Assembly: GCA_020891255.1 (NCBI GenBank)
Contig: BQFW01000011.1
Location: forward strand, 310,001 to 374,000
DNA: 64,000 bases
Direction: 5' to 3'
DNA from: Entomortierella parvispora E1425
Taxonomy: Eukaryota; Fungi; Mortierellomycota
Part shown: piece by piece, positions 24,806-38,900 of the stretch
Layout of the letters: each line of letters opens with the position of its first letter
Numbering within the stretch: the stretch's first letter is position 1
Translations under genes and position numbers: made by a program
The notes under the pieces: generated by a model
What the model saw: the letters and a program-made list of their open reading frames with translations, nothing else
Databases searched by the model: none
Told to the model about the DNA's origin: nothing

Positions 24806-27160
24806 ATGTCCTTACAACAGCAGCACAGTGACGTCTATCCCGTTGCTCTCAACGACAGCGACTGGGCACAGATACTGAACAGCAACAGAGAGGCGCAGGA
24901 TTTGTTGTCCAAAGCTATTGCCCACCACGAGCAATACAGAGAGGATGATCCCATGAAGCGCAAAGGGGCCATCTCAGAGGCGCATCAACATCAACAAGGT
25001 GCGGCAAATTGACTGTCTGTCTGTCTCTCTGACAGACCAATTGGTTGACTGTCAGCAGTTTGCATGAGCAATTGACCTGTAGACTAACTGGGTGAGCTGA
25101 ACTAATTGTAACCTCTAGCCGAACGCAAGGCAGCAGCTGCGGCAGCGGCGGCGGCTGGTGGGGACCCTTTTGACGAAAATGGCGGTGGCCAGCAGCGGTA
25201 CTCCGAGAACGACAACAGCTCAGGTGAGTGTGTGTTCGCTTATTCGCCAGGTTGCACATTGGTCCTCTCTGTCGTCCAGTCTCCCGTTCTCTATTTCTAC
25301 CTCTGTCTTCCTTATCTCCCGTCTCCCTGCATTGATTCACGTACACTCGCATGCCCCATGTGCGGCGCTTTGGTTTTTGTTGTTATTTTTATCCTTTGTT
25401 GCTCGATTTGCTGCTCACCTGGCGGCACGTCATGGACATCAATTGCATCGAGATATTCGCTGTTCAGCAGGGGACGTTCGTTAACCTTTGATATATCTAT
25501 TCATATTCAGATGAGGGTCACTCTCCAGGCGACGGAAAGCCTGCTCCCAAGAAGGCTGGTCGTAAGCCCCTGACCACCGAGCCCACCAATAAGCGCAAGG
25601 TAAGTTCTTGGTAGCAAAATGCTTTTTTTTTGTTGCGTCAAAAGCTGGTGCTCATCCATTGTATCTTCTCAAAATCAGGCCCAAAATAGGGCTGCGCAGA
25701 GGGCATTCCGAGACAGGAAGGAGCGGTATGTTAAGTCACTGGAGGAGCGTATCAAAGAACTGGAGGAGATGAACCCGGGCAAGTCAGACTCGAAGTTAGC
25801 GGAAGAGAACTTGAACCTGAAGGTGCTTGTCCAAAAGCTGGAGACGGAGAACTACTTCCTCAAAGAGCAGTCCTTCACATTCGACTTTCCTATCTCTCAG
25901 CCTGGGATGTACAATGTCACCAAGGCCAACAACATCCGGGAGGTGCCTCTCCTCCCGGCCTCAAGCCTAAACAGTTCCAACTCGGCAAAGTCGTCACCAA
26001 GCCCTGCGCTCACCACGATGGACCATTCCAGCAGCTCCAATTCAAGTATCGCAAGTTCAACCCCACTCTCAAATGTTCACAGCAGGCTTCCCAACAACAC
26101 CAGTGCCGCCAAAGCCCCGACAAATGAACAGCTCCCTTGGTCGCCGCCTTCATCGGCAGGTGATAGCGTACCCAATTCTCCTTTGGATAATGACTTGCCC
26201 ACGCCTGAGCACGACTTGGTATCACACAACACTTATTCTGAAAATGCAGGGGTGGTTCCTCGGTTTAGGAATAGCACACCGGAGGAAATTTCGCTCTTCT
26301 CGTCGCTTCTAGATGGTACCGGCAATACCTATGCGCCCCATTCTGTGCCGCAAACAACTCATCAACAACCTCACGCCCCTATTCAAGTCAACGGTTCCTC
26401 AAATCCTTACAATGACTACAGCCGGCAACAGCCACTGCAGCAATCTACTCCTGATGTCAGTGTCGCAAATCATACCCCTGTATCCACTCTCTCGAACCTG
26501 TCAGAACACACGCCTGCGTCTACATTAGAAGAGCTAGTGAGTGGCCCATTGTTTGGAACCCCTGGTACGGCAGACAGTAGTGGCCTCTTGAACTTCTCCA
26601 ATTCTGGTATGCCAATCATTACACCCATGACATTTGAGCAGACGCAAGCAGCCCTCTTCACTGACTATCGCGACCCCTCGGATCCGCGTGGCTTCTTTAC
26701 TGGATTTGATGACCCCGTCGAGACTACCACGTTTGGTGACGATACGATCGGAGGACTCTTTAACGATCAGCTACTGGATTACACACATGCTTTCGCGAGT
26801 GTCACTGCTGGTGTACCGTCCCCTCCAGCCATGGCAGCGGCAGCAGCAGTGGCAGCAGGCGCTCAATTCGGCCTGGGCAGCAGCACGCAATCCTCAAACA
26901 GCCAGGCCCAGGACCAGCCGTTCGCCGGTAAAGTCGAAGAGTCCAACAAGAAGTTTACGCTACCTCCCTTGGAAGAGAACGAGAAGGCTATACCTTGCCC
27001 GCAGGCCTGGGAGCACATTGCTAAGCACCCCAATTTTGACGATGTGGACATTGATGATCTTTGCAAGGAACTCAAGTCTAAGGCAAAATGTTCAGGACAT
27101 GGTCCAATGATCGCGCTCTCTGATGTTGATAAACTCATGAGCAGACTGAATCAAGAGTAG
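24806..27160 (+). CDS. AP-1-like (Yap1/Pap1) bZIP transcription factor
   Basis: GRKPLTTEPTNKRK|AQNRAAQRAFRDRKE basic region plus leucine zipper; C-terminal cysteine-rich domain IPCPQAWEHI...DLCKELKSKAKCS. Confidence 0.9.
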
Positions 27161-28044
27161 AAGCATATGAAAATAAATGAGTATTTGGTTTCAAGCATGC
27201 GAAACGATACATCGAGGGGAGCTTGTTCACACCGTTGATCCCACAATCCTCAGCATCCTGCGGGTGAGGGTGAGGGCAGTAATTCATAAAGAAGAATATA
27301 TTTTTTTTAAAAAGAAGGAATTGAAGTTGATACTGGAGATGCCTCCTTTTGCGCGCTTTGGCGCCTCATCTACACCTTTGTTCGGCCAGGGTGACTACAT
27401 ACTGCTGCCTTCACCAAGATGTGAGATTTAGGGTGAAGCCCAACTAGATGAACAATTGGAGTTTTCCCCTCCTGTTTTCTGTTTGAGCGACCGTTGTGCG
27501 GTTAGTGTCATTGCACTCTGACACTTGGTTCGATCGAGAACATAAGCCCCAGTTTCTCCTTTTTTTTTCCCACCCGTGTTCATTTCCTTGATTTGCATGT
27601 GACTTGAAAAAAAACTGGCATTCAGGCTGGGGTGCCTTACACTTGTTTTAGTTTGGCTGAGCTGCTCTTTCAGTGAAGTACCTACTTGACATTCTTCTCT
27701 GAACCCCCTCTTCAAGTAACTAGCTAGCTTACTCCTTTTCCCCGATCCGCTGTAGCTTTTGCCACTTTTTTTTATATTCCTTTTAGCAGATCTCCTTCCT
27801 GCCTTTTCTTCGACCCCTTCCTTGCCTCATTGGTGATCTTCGCTCACCAACGTTTACTGGCGAGAAAACATTCAGCAAGCTCTTGGAACTGTACATCCTT
27901 CATCCATCACGCTGCTCAAAGTCCTATCGCTATAAAGAGTCCGTCGGATGCACTACTATACACTCACTCACCCACAAAACACGAGCACATCCAGGTTCTT
28001 TCATTCCATTTCTCATCTACTGGCCTCAGCTCTAGCTATCTGTC

Positions 28045-29123
28045 ATGTTACCCCAGCCAGCCGTTCCTGCTAAAGAAGGCAACCCATCAGGCTTTGGACA
28101 AGTCCTACAGATTTCGCTCATTAACTCATGACCCTTCGTGCTGTCTATGTGTCTATGTAACGTATTGTTTTGAACGCGCGCTCTTGCGATTGTATGCTCC
28201 ACAGCGATAGTCTCGCTGTTCTTCTCGTTGGTTATGGTCTCTTGCATGTCGTTATTGTTTGGGCTCAAGACCTCGGCCACCAACTGGGCCAACATTAACT
28301 ACGCCCGTGAACTTGCCTTGGGTTTTTATATATCATCTTGGACGTTTACGACTATTGCTGCCATCTTGACATCAACCAACGCCAACGGCCTGGCTTCCTG
28401 CACTTTCTACGCATTCTCGAAATTCTTCATATACCTATTTTTGATCAAGAAGGTCTACATCGTTAGTGCAGTGACAACCCGTAGGCGACATACCAGGGCG
28501 AGTGTTTTCCGAGAACAGAAAGAAAGAGGGTAATGATGGATCTTCTTTTCTAGCGGTAACTGAGCCTTATTGCAACAGCTGTACCGTAACAAATGTGCTC
28601 TTGTTGTCTCTGTACGTTGTCATCTTGGTCATCACCATATTGAATCGGGTCGCAATACTGAGTCCCGACGGAGACGGTCAATGTTATATTGGCTTAAAGC
28701 TCTGGCATCGGTGATCCTCATAGTTTATGATATCTTAGTCTCGACATGGTCACATTCTTATTCATCCGTCCTTTGATGTCGACTACATCGGTTCTTTAGG
28801 GACCTTCCAAAGGCAAGCTCAGAAAGGTGGCGCAACGAACATTTGCCGGCTCAGTGTTGGCCATGGTCTTCAGTGCCTGCAATGTGGTGTATCTCCGTGG
28901 ATACGAGAATTCAGTACTGTGCCTAATGAGTTGAATGCTGGATGTGACCTTGAGCGCGTGCACTATCCACTGGGTGACCTCAAGACAGAGAACAGGGCCC
29001 TTCATCGACTGCAAAACCTCACTCAAGCGAGTGGCATGCCTATCAGTGGAAGTAGCAGCGGAAACAAGCGGTCGTTCAACTCAGCAAATATCTAATAAAA
29101 AATCTTTATTAATTAATATTTAG
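28045..29123 (+). pseudogene. Degenerate multi-pass (GPCR-like 7TM) membrane protein gene
   Basis: Successive hydrophobic segments (YARELALGFYISSWTF, FSKFFIYLFLIKKV, CYIGL, ASVILIVYD, TFLFIRPL, LRKVAQRT, CLMS*MLDV..IHWVT) lie in different frames. Frameshifts near 28696-28698 and 28741-28746; in-frame TGA at 28932-28934. Confidence 0.7.
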
Positions 29124-29273
29124 TATGATAATTGTGTGACTGTGCTCATTCCCTTTTTCAGCAGGAAAAGAGCCAACCCAGTTTGCTCCTCCTTTTCTTT
29201 TTGCCCACGACATTGCGGTGTCCACAAAGACGAATCTCTCCACCGCAGCAACTTACGAACGAACAAACACTCA

Positions 29274-30940
29274 ATGGGAAAGGCCGGTAAGGATCGCAAG
29301 CGCAGGCGCCTCTTGGCTGAGGTATCTGTCGGAGGGGCCACTGCAGCCTCAACGGTGCATCATGTGCATGCTCTCAAAGATTTGGACGACGATCAAGAAA
29401 ACCAAGGCCACCCTGCCCATAGCAAAACCTATGGCGGAGTTGTCTCGGACGAAGACATGGCAGTAACCTTGCGCACACTTCTGGCCCTCGAGCAACACAC
29501 GGATGTCTTTCGCTCCAAGGCCTGCAAGGCCCTCCGAGCAGTCGTGCATCAGCTGCAGCAGACCGCCACTGCAACAACTGGCATGGGTATGTCAAAAGGG
29601 TTTGCATTCTGGCTCTTTGTTGCTTGTGAAATTAACGCTGTTCGTCTGTATTATTTTCTGTATTATTTCCCCCCCCCCCCTTCTCACTTTCAGGACAAAC
29701 ACCCATTGGCCGTATCTCAGACGCCTTGGTGGACGGACGGTGGAGCGATGCTATGACTGCCTTAGAGGAGATGAGGACTCGCGGTCAAGTACCCAAGCTC
29801 GGAGCTCTGCAACGTTGGGTGCGTGATTGTGATGCGGCTTCTGCTAAAAATGGTGCTTTCGGTGACCCGGTGGTACTAAGAGTCTTGGATTCGATGCTAC
29901 GAACGGTGGATCCTTCCATGGTCCCCTCTAAGAGAAGCTCTACTAAGGAAGAGCATCCTGTAAGAACGCACCCTATGTGGGAGGCTTTTCCTCGTGTTGA
30001 GGACAACCTTCAAAAGTATGAGGCTGCTTTGGCCGGTGAATTGTTCAGTAAGTTCTCCCTCGTTTTTAAGCCGCTTTGTTGTTGTCAAATGTTTTATTTT
30101 ACTTACTGTCTTCATTCATTACTAGCCGAAGAAGAAGCCGAGAGATACAGATCTTCTTTCAGGGTCGTGTCACACCAGAAGGGACCTCTTCGCCGGACCC
30201 CCAACCTTCACGACTTCACTCTTTATCTCTCTAACCCTGGAACAGTCCGTCTCTCTTTTGCCGACAATCTGCTCGCTCAACCTCCTGTGGAACGTATTGA
30301 AATGCCCAATGTGCCAGGTGCGTTCCTGCTGAAGGATGTATTGACACGGGATGAATGCCACCAAATGATGTCTGCAGCCGAGGCAGTTGGGTTCACACCT
30401 GATGTGCCTATGGTCGGCTCTGCAGCCGAGTCCATCTCGGTGCTAGCGCACAACTTTTTTTGGATGGCGGATGATCAACTTCTGGGTCATATCTTCGATC
30501 GATGCAAGTCGCATTTCCCTGAGACAAGCGGCGATGGAAAAGGCGCTGTTGGTATCAATTCCAGGTGGCGAGTTTACAGATATGTCCCAGGCGCCATCTA
30601 CAGAATCCATGTGGATGGACAGTGGCCAGGCAGTGGACTAGACCCCGAAACGGGTGAATATCTCTACGACGCATATGGAAGCACACGGTGGTCCAGGCTG
30701 ACTTTCTTGGTGTATTTGAATGATGAGTTTGAAGGTGGTGGAACAACTTTTTTCACGCCGTCTGCAGATGTTGGCTTTATGGATGCGAGAGCTGCGTCTC
30801 CCAGAGCTGGAAGTGTGCTTTGTTTCCCCCATGGTGAGGCTGCTGGGTCTCTGTTGCATGAGGGGTCGCCGGTCATTAAAGGTGCAAAGTATATCATCCG
30901 TGCCGATGTACTCTACGAAGTGCCGGTCCTGAAAAAATAA
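29274..30940 (+). CDS. 2OG-Fe(II) dioxygenase (prolyl 4-hydroxylase-like)
   Basis: RIHVDG (HxD), LTFLVYLNDEFEGGGTTFF, distal LLHEG and KYIIRADVLY; two introns; basic N-terminus MGKAGKDRKRRR. Confidence 0.85.
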
Positions 30941-31255
30941 CATCTAGGACAGCTTGGCGCAGAATAAACATACACCTCCTAAACCATGACTTCTTGACTC
31001 TTCTCTTGCTAACCGTTAAACGCGAATCCCTGTGGAAATAATCTAAGCCACCACCTGGATATTTAGGTTGACCTGAAGGCGGTGCTCCAAACGAGAAGTA
31101 AGAGAGATGTCGCAACCTTTTGTTGCTCCATCCTTTTTGCCTCTCAAAGACCACGACAACTACTTGCACCATTCACAACGAACGCGCGTTTACGACCGAA
31201 AAGACTGCACTCCTTCTATCCACACATCTACCGCGCGCACACGTACACAACTACA

Positions 31256-32147
<892 letters not shown>

Positions 32148-32215
32148 TCGACGCTACAACTAAAGTCGGTGCGTATGAGCGACGATATGGGAATAAAGTA
32201 CTTCCAGAAGCTTTA

Positions 32216-33646
32216 CTACACAAATAGTTCGCGCATTTTGCTGCTTTCGGCACCAATGATGGTCGCAGATGGCAGTGACGATGACGAGGCGGGCTGTGTA
32301 GAAGCCTTGTCCCTGGCTTTGTTCTTGCGGTTCAATTTTTGGTTCTTTTTGGCCAACTCTTTTTTTTCCCTGGATGTCATCCTTTTTTTAGGCATGGAGG
32401 TATTTGTTAGTTCCACGGATTGCTGTTCGTTTTTATCGGACTTGTGTACCGACTCTTGTGTTGACCCTGACACCTTGACGATATTAGTATGAATAGCGGC
32501 AGATCTCATTGTGATATTTTCAGTTTCTGAGGGCGTCGGAGAGGTAGATGTCTGAACAACTACTGGTGTCTGTTCTTCCTGGTCACTTGAGTCCAGTACT
32601 CTGGATTGTTCATCGCCTACGTGAAAGCTTTCTGAGAGTGGCTGCGGGGACGAGGGTGATGTTTGTCCTTGCTGGAGAGGGCCTTGATCCTCCGTTATTT
32701 CTTGTTCAGTAGAATAGGTTGTTTCTTCAGCGAGTTGGTGCTCCCATTCCGCCAACTCATTGAAAACCCCATTGAGATCCCCTTGATATCTCTCCATTAC
32801 CTCGCGAACCTTTTGCAAATCCCTGATCCCGGTAGTCTTCATAATCTCCTTTTCAATTGCTCGAGGTGGATCCTTGTCCGTCAGTTTTCTCAACGGCCCC
32901 TGTCCTACAATTCTGGGGTTGATCTCAGGTAGGCCATCATGAGGACCCTCAATGTTGCGGATTGAAGAGTAGTGCTCCCAAGAATGATAGCTATATAGAT
33001 AATGATGAGATATGAGATACATAATGTTTGGCATCGATCTGACCTCAACAAGAAAGGAACTAGACGAAAGGTTCTGAACTCACGCAACGTGCAAGGTTGG
33101 TCGTTGTCCTACGGCAAGGCCACCTTTTTTGCTATGGATACCCTCGATAACGTAGATGAACCCTGGTTGGTAGACCTTGACGTCGACCTTTTTTAGCCTA
33201 GCAATGGCTACTAATTCGACATTGCCGCCATATGTTCCATTCTTGCGCATGTGAGCCACATGAGCCTCAACTGTCTCATCGTCCAAGAACGACTTGAAGT
33301 GGTCTGCATTTTCTTCGAGATAGAGGCAGACCTCCTGGCGCAAGAGTCCATGGTCCTTGTCCGACCCCATAAGCTGGTCAGCACAGGCACGGAAGAGACA
33401 GTTGCCGTCGCCAATTGTGTCCTTGAGCATGAGATTCATGCCAGCGAGCTGATGCTTGAGCTCACGCATGCCGTAAAAGTCGTCGCCATCCTGGCTATCC
33501 TTAAGGCTGGCTTTGTCGGCTTGCTTTGTCTTTTTCTTATTGCTGCCGGAGGTGTTGCCGCGGCCGGAGCCTCGATCAGCGGCGGAGGCACGCGTCTTGA
33601 CAGGCGACATTGTACGAGAGGAGGATCCATGTGAATGTGTTGACAT
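32216..33646 (-). CDS. OTU-domain deubiquitinase (OTU3/OTUD3-like)
   Basis: GDGNCLFRA (catalytic D..C), YGGNVELVA, HVA|YHSWEHYSS (catalytic His); one intron of about 100 bp near 32990-33090. Confidence 0.9.
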
Positions 33647-33994
33647 GCAACGTGGGTGTCCTTACCCAGCCCACTCGAAGTGAGCACGTGATAACTACCA
33701 ATGAGACGTTTCCGGACACACAGGAGCCTTCCCCATTCACCATTCACGCTCCACTTTTGCCTCATTGTGTTCCTCATCCATTATTTCGACTTTCCCTCAT
33801 CGATCGCCTTCGTCGTAACTGCTCGCAGTCATTGTAGCACACTACTCTCACCTTTTTCTCTGGCTTGCGGCTCAAGGTATAGTATTTTTGCTTTTTGCAA
33901 ATAGCGGTCGCGATGCGTAGTTACTCTTTATCTCTCTTCCCTTAACCTCCAATTTCTTTCCATCACAACACCCAGTTATATAACCTGCAAGGCC

Positions 33995-34405
33995 ATGCAA
34001 GAACTCAACGCTGAACTCATTAAAAATGTGGTGGACATTTCCATCAAGCTTCAAGATACAGCATATTGGCCGGATGATAACGATGTCGATATAATAAGAC
34101 AACTATTCGAGGCGAAAGCTCCCAGAATGGATGTGATAGCAAATATCGTATTTTCCAAATATCTCCAAAGCGACGACAGGTGGAGGGCGGCCGACTTTTA
34201 TGAATCGATATGGAGGGGGGACAGGTCTCTGTTTGATGACACGCGCATGGACGACATGCGCCTTGAGGCTATTGTGGCTTTTTTCAGATTACTTTCGCTT
34301 GATAAAACGCCCAAAAAATCGTTGGACGACTTGGCGCTACAAATGCCGAATAGTGCCATGTTGAAAATGCGAACTCACAAGGAAAAATTGCAACAGTTTT
34401 CCTAG
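33995..34405 (+). CDS. Orphan intronless ORF, 136 aa
   Basis: GCCATGC start context and a normal globular-looking composition; no recognisable motif. Confidence 0.4.
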   Translation: MQELNAELIKNVVDISIKLQDTAYWPDDNDVDIIRQLFEAKAPRMDVIANIVFSKYLQSDDRWRAADFYESIWRGDRSLFDDTRMDDMRLEAIVAFFRLLSLDKTPKKSLDDLALQMPNSAMLKMRTHKEKLQQFS

Positions 34406-35640
34406 CATTTTTAGGTCTATAATAGTCATAGTAGAGTTACAGTAGTATTAAAGTGCGTATAGGGTGCAGTAGAGCCGCACAAATACGTCAATCATCTGAG
34501 ATTAAGCCATTTTGTACATATTTGTCCTTATGAACAACATTTTTTCATTGACTGAATGCGATTTACTTTGCCCAAAAATAATGATCTCCAGTGTGCGTGG
34601 ACCTCAAGCTCGACATCACCGCACTGGACTTGTCGTAGAAGTGACACTTACATACAAGAACTAGAGGTCATAATGTCTATCAATATTCATCTTTTACTGT
34701 GAGCGTTCAAGAAAACGTACCATGGCATCACGGTCGAAAGGTTAAAGGCCTACTATCCTCCTAGGGTGATGGGAGACCGCATGAAAAGCGATCTTAAATA
34801 TAGAGAAGTGTTCTCTTCATGCGTTGCACTTGGCCATGCCACTATTCATGCACCCTCCATCTTCGCGACGCCTCCCATCACCTTTGCCATCGTTCACTCC
34901 TCCATCGTCGCCTTTGCCTTTATACTCAGTCCCTTCGCATCTTCATCCATTTCTTTCCTCGTCTGTCTTTATGCACCCAGATTTGTCTAGGGAGCTTCAA
35001 CAGGAGGAGCAAAACTAGAGGTGGACTGTCTTGTTGGTTCACCTGAACAACCCTAGCTCTTGCATCCACCTCCCAAGAGGCTACACAAAATCTGTCCACC
35101 GACGTAATGTTGCCCTTTATCCGAGTTTTGGGCCGCAGGAGGACGCCGTCCAAAGAGTGATATTAACTCAGTCCTCCCAGGTGAAGGAGATGATGCTGAC
35201 CAACTGTGCAGGCCAAACACGGGTTCCCGAGGCTTTCCAAAGTGGTTAACCGGGGAAAAAAACCTAACAATCGACGCAATGTTGCCCTTTTTACAGAGTG
35301 GAGCAGAGCGTTTCCTTGGGAGGAAAGAACTCTGTCCTCTAAGGTGAAGAGGATCGCGACCCCCCCCCCCCCGCCTTCCGGAGGGATAGTAGTAGAATAC
35401 ATTGAAAGACTTGGTGAATTAAGAGTGGGGTGAGGGGTTGGGGATGGTTAGGGTTACGGTTGGGGTCAGGGTCAGCAGTATAACAGAGCAAGTGGAGGGA
35501 GCCGGTGCGCTTCGGCCTCTGCTTCTTCGCCTCTTCTCTCCTGTTTGTCCTGATTCTATGGCTGATGCACCTGCAGGGAGGGGGAGAATGGCCTCGAGCC
35601 ATAGTACTGTACAGTACATGTCTGCGACTTAAGTTCCTAG

Positions 35641-35694
35641 TGCCGGAGGTGTTGCCGCAGCCAGAGCCTCGATCGGCGGCAGAGGCACGCGTCT
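35641..35694 (-). repeat. 54-bp copy of OTU gene 5' coding sequence (33544-33597)
   Basis: 50/54 identical, all four differences are transitions, same orientation as the source. Confidence 0.9.
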
Positions 35695-35850
35695 GCAAGG
35701 TCGTCTCGTCACGTGCCTTGCTTATACCACACATGCATGTCACACACATAGTGTGCATCTCTCTCATCCGTCCATTCATCTGCCCCATCCATCCTTCCGT
35801 CTTTTGTTCTCGGATCTCCCCCCCTTCTCTCCCATCTTTTCGCCGCTTTC

Positions 35851-35899
35851 CTTGCCCTCCTTTGCCCTCCCTTGCCCTCCCTTGCCCTCCCTTGCCCTC
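35851..35899. repeat. (CTTGCCCTCC)x5 minisatellite upstream of the ankyrin gene ATG
   Basis: Direct reading; one unit is TTTGCCCTCC. Confidence 0.9.
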
Positions 35900-35915
35900 G
35901 AATCACAGCAGCGCA

Positions 35916-38900
35916 ATGTCGCCCTCTCCTCTTCCTCCTCCGCCTTCTCCATCCACCCCATCGTCAGCGCGTCCCGTCATCCCCCAGACATTCATCACTC
36001 TGTCCGCGCCTGGAATGGACGAGGAGGAGGAAGAGGACTGCACCAGCGACAGTGATCTGCCCGCTGCGTCTTCGTCCTCGCCTCCCTTGTCTGCGACCTC
36101 ACGCAAGCGCACCATCACTGATACTAATGAACGCAACATGCACAATCCTTACCTTGCCTCTGCTGGTACATCTGTTGGCATCCGCTCGCTGTCTACGCCC
36201 AATCTGCATGCCAACGACACCTCTGCTGCCTTGTTGACCTCACCCATGCCCTCACCGACCCAGTCACCCGCGAGCAGTCCACCTATATCGCCGAGTCTGC
36301 CACCGTTCTCGCAAACCCTGGGCAGCAGCGTCGCAGCTGCAGCAGGAACAGATCTCTCGGCCATCGATACGATGGCCCCCCTCACCCTGCCCTTACTTGA
36401 CCATGGCCATGGCCACAGCGGCAACAACAACGACGGAGACACTCCTCAAAGACACCACAGTGACAACACCGCAGGTGCCTCTGACCGTCTTGTTCTAACT
36501 CTTTCTCCAATGGCATCCCCGCTATCTTCGCCTCGACTTGCTCCGCGGCTGCCTTCAGTCCTGTCCTCTTCCTCACCTGCCTCGACTCTACCCTCATCAG
36601 CATTGCCACCACTTAATGGGCGATCCATACTCTCAGAAACGGCTCCAAGCCGCTCCAAGGCCACCTCTACTTTATCCGGAGCAGGTGCCACGGCCGACTC
36701 GCGAAAGACTCTCAAATCGACCAAGAACAAGACCGTCAACCGCAACTCTGTCATCTCCCTCTTTGATACAACGACGTCGTCCATGACTCTACCTACCAAC
36801 TTTGCTCGGAAAGGATCCCTGCCTCAGGATACAGCAAACGGTGCTCAGGGTCAACGACTTGCTGGACTCTTTGCCGCACAGCAGGCGCCGGATCTGACCG
36901 GTACCCCGTTCAGCATGACACTCGCAGAGTTCAGACTCAATGACATCTATCCCAAGCGGCAACGTCGACTGCTCACGGTACTTCATCGCATGGATAACCG
37001 TCTGCGAAAGGAGGGCGTTATTCGAAAACTAACAAAGGAGCAGCTCAAGGGCAAGCCAGGTACATTGAGCGACATGCAAAATAATTTTGACGAGTAGCAA
37101 GGAATTGGGAAGAGAGCGGCTCTGCTTCGCTTATTGTTACACTCTTCTTTTGGAATCTCTCCGACTTATTCATCTCCACCATGCTCACTGGTCAATGTTC
37201 ACCTCATAATCCACTAGATAAAGAAATCCTGAAGCCTGACCGCAAATCGCTCAACAAGGACTATGCCAAGAAAGGTGGCCAGGGCGGATTTATGGCTCAG
37301 CGTATTCCCGCCTTTCTAAGGTCCAAGAAATTGAAGAAGCGAACTAGACCAGGTAAATACAATCCTTGACCGGCAGAGGGAAATTTATAACAAGTAGCAT
37401 CTGGTTAGATGTTTCTCAACTAACAGTGGGTGGGGATATGCTCTGAAACGTTCTACCACCATAGTTATCCTGCACAACATTGAGATGGCCATCCGGGACA
37501 AAAAACCAGAGCTGGCGCTGCAGTACATCAGTTTACTGCCTTCGAATGCACTCAAAAAGAAGAAGAAGAAGTCGCACTCGGATCTCAACCACTGCATGTT
37601 GCTAGCCATGATTTATCGGATGGAGCAGGTGGCCATCGAGCTCGTTGACCGAGGGTTCCCCATTGATGTCAATTATCCCATCATTGGCAGGGCTCGTGAC
37701 GAATATAAGACCAAGCCTGGTAGGACAGGTCCGTTTGAATACCCTAGTTACTTTATCGTTGCCGTCGGTCTAGGCATGCATAATCTTGTCAGGGCTATGA
37801 TCAAGGTATAATTGTCGGGTTATGAGCGAAATGTTGTAGTAGATGATAGGAGACCTAACTCACCGTTGGCATTGCTATCTATTCTTTGTACCATCACGTC
37901 CAGAATGCAAACTTGAACCAGTCCTGGTGCGGACTGACTCCTCTGCTCCTGGCTGTTACTTTGAACGAATGTACCAATGCGACCTGCCCACCGCCAACAC
38001 TTCCACCTGCTAGGCTCGCTAGTATGCTTTCGAGAGGCGAACACTTGCATCTGGATATTGCATCGCAGACATTGATCAACCAACTACCATCGTCATTCAA
38101 CAAATCTACAGCCACGCCTTTCCGCATACCCAATTACACCCCGACCAGTCCCAACAGCATCGTCACTACATTACTCCAATATGGTGCCGACCCCAACCTT
38201 GGGATCACTCTGCAACAATACCTTTGGGCCAACAAACTTAAAGGGATGGGGGCGATGCATCGTCGTCGGAAGGCTGCGGACTTTCATGGCACACCGGATG
38301 AAAATCCGATTGAGTTTTATATTGCAGCACGGCGTCATGAGAGCGGTCGACAGTGGCTAAGTCATGATGAGATCAAAGCGCGAAAAGCTACAAAATTACT
38401 CCTGAGAAAGACTATGACCACTTCTTTGAACACTGGAGGCAAGACGAAAATCTCTACCGAGATGCAAACGTTTTGGAAGGGAAAGTCAATCCTGCCAGTG
38501 GAAATGGCAATTGCAGCTGGCAACTTGGACTGTGCTCGAACGATCCTCCAAAGATTGGGACCCAATTCTTTATCCGGATCATCTTTTGGATTACTGCTCC
38601 AGAATGACGTGATGCTGACGCTGTCGTTAATCAAATCTGGAAGTCCTGTCTCTCAACATGACTTGCATGGGTGTACACCTTTACATCTAGCAGCAAGGCG
38701 CGGACATCTGGAGATGGTTATGGTCTTGGTTCAACTGGGTGGCAATGTGAATTCACGTGGAGAGCGCGGATGGACACCATTGCACGAGTCGATTAGCCAG
38801 AATCATGCGCAAATATCGTCCTTGCTTCTGCTTTGTGGTGCTGACCTGGAAGCCAGGAATGACGCAGGCGAAACTCCAGAGGAACTCGGATATCGGTGTG

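Noticed and set aside
28932-28934. In-frame TGA at a Cys position as selenocysteine or readthrough
   Set aside because: The same gene has several frameshifts and other stops, so pseudogenisation is the simpler explanation; no SECIS was recognised.
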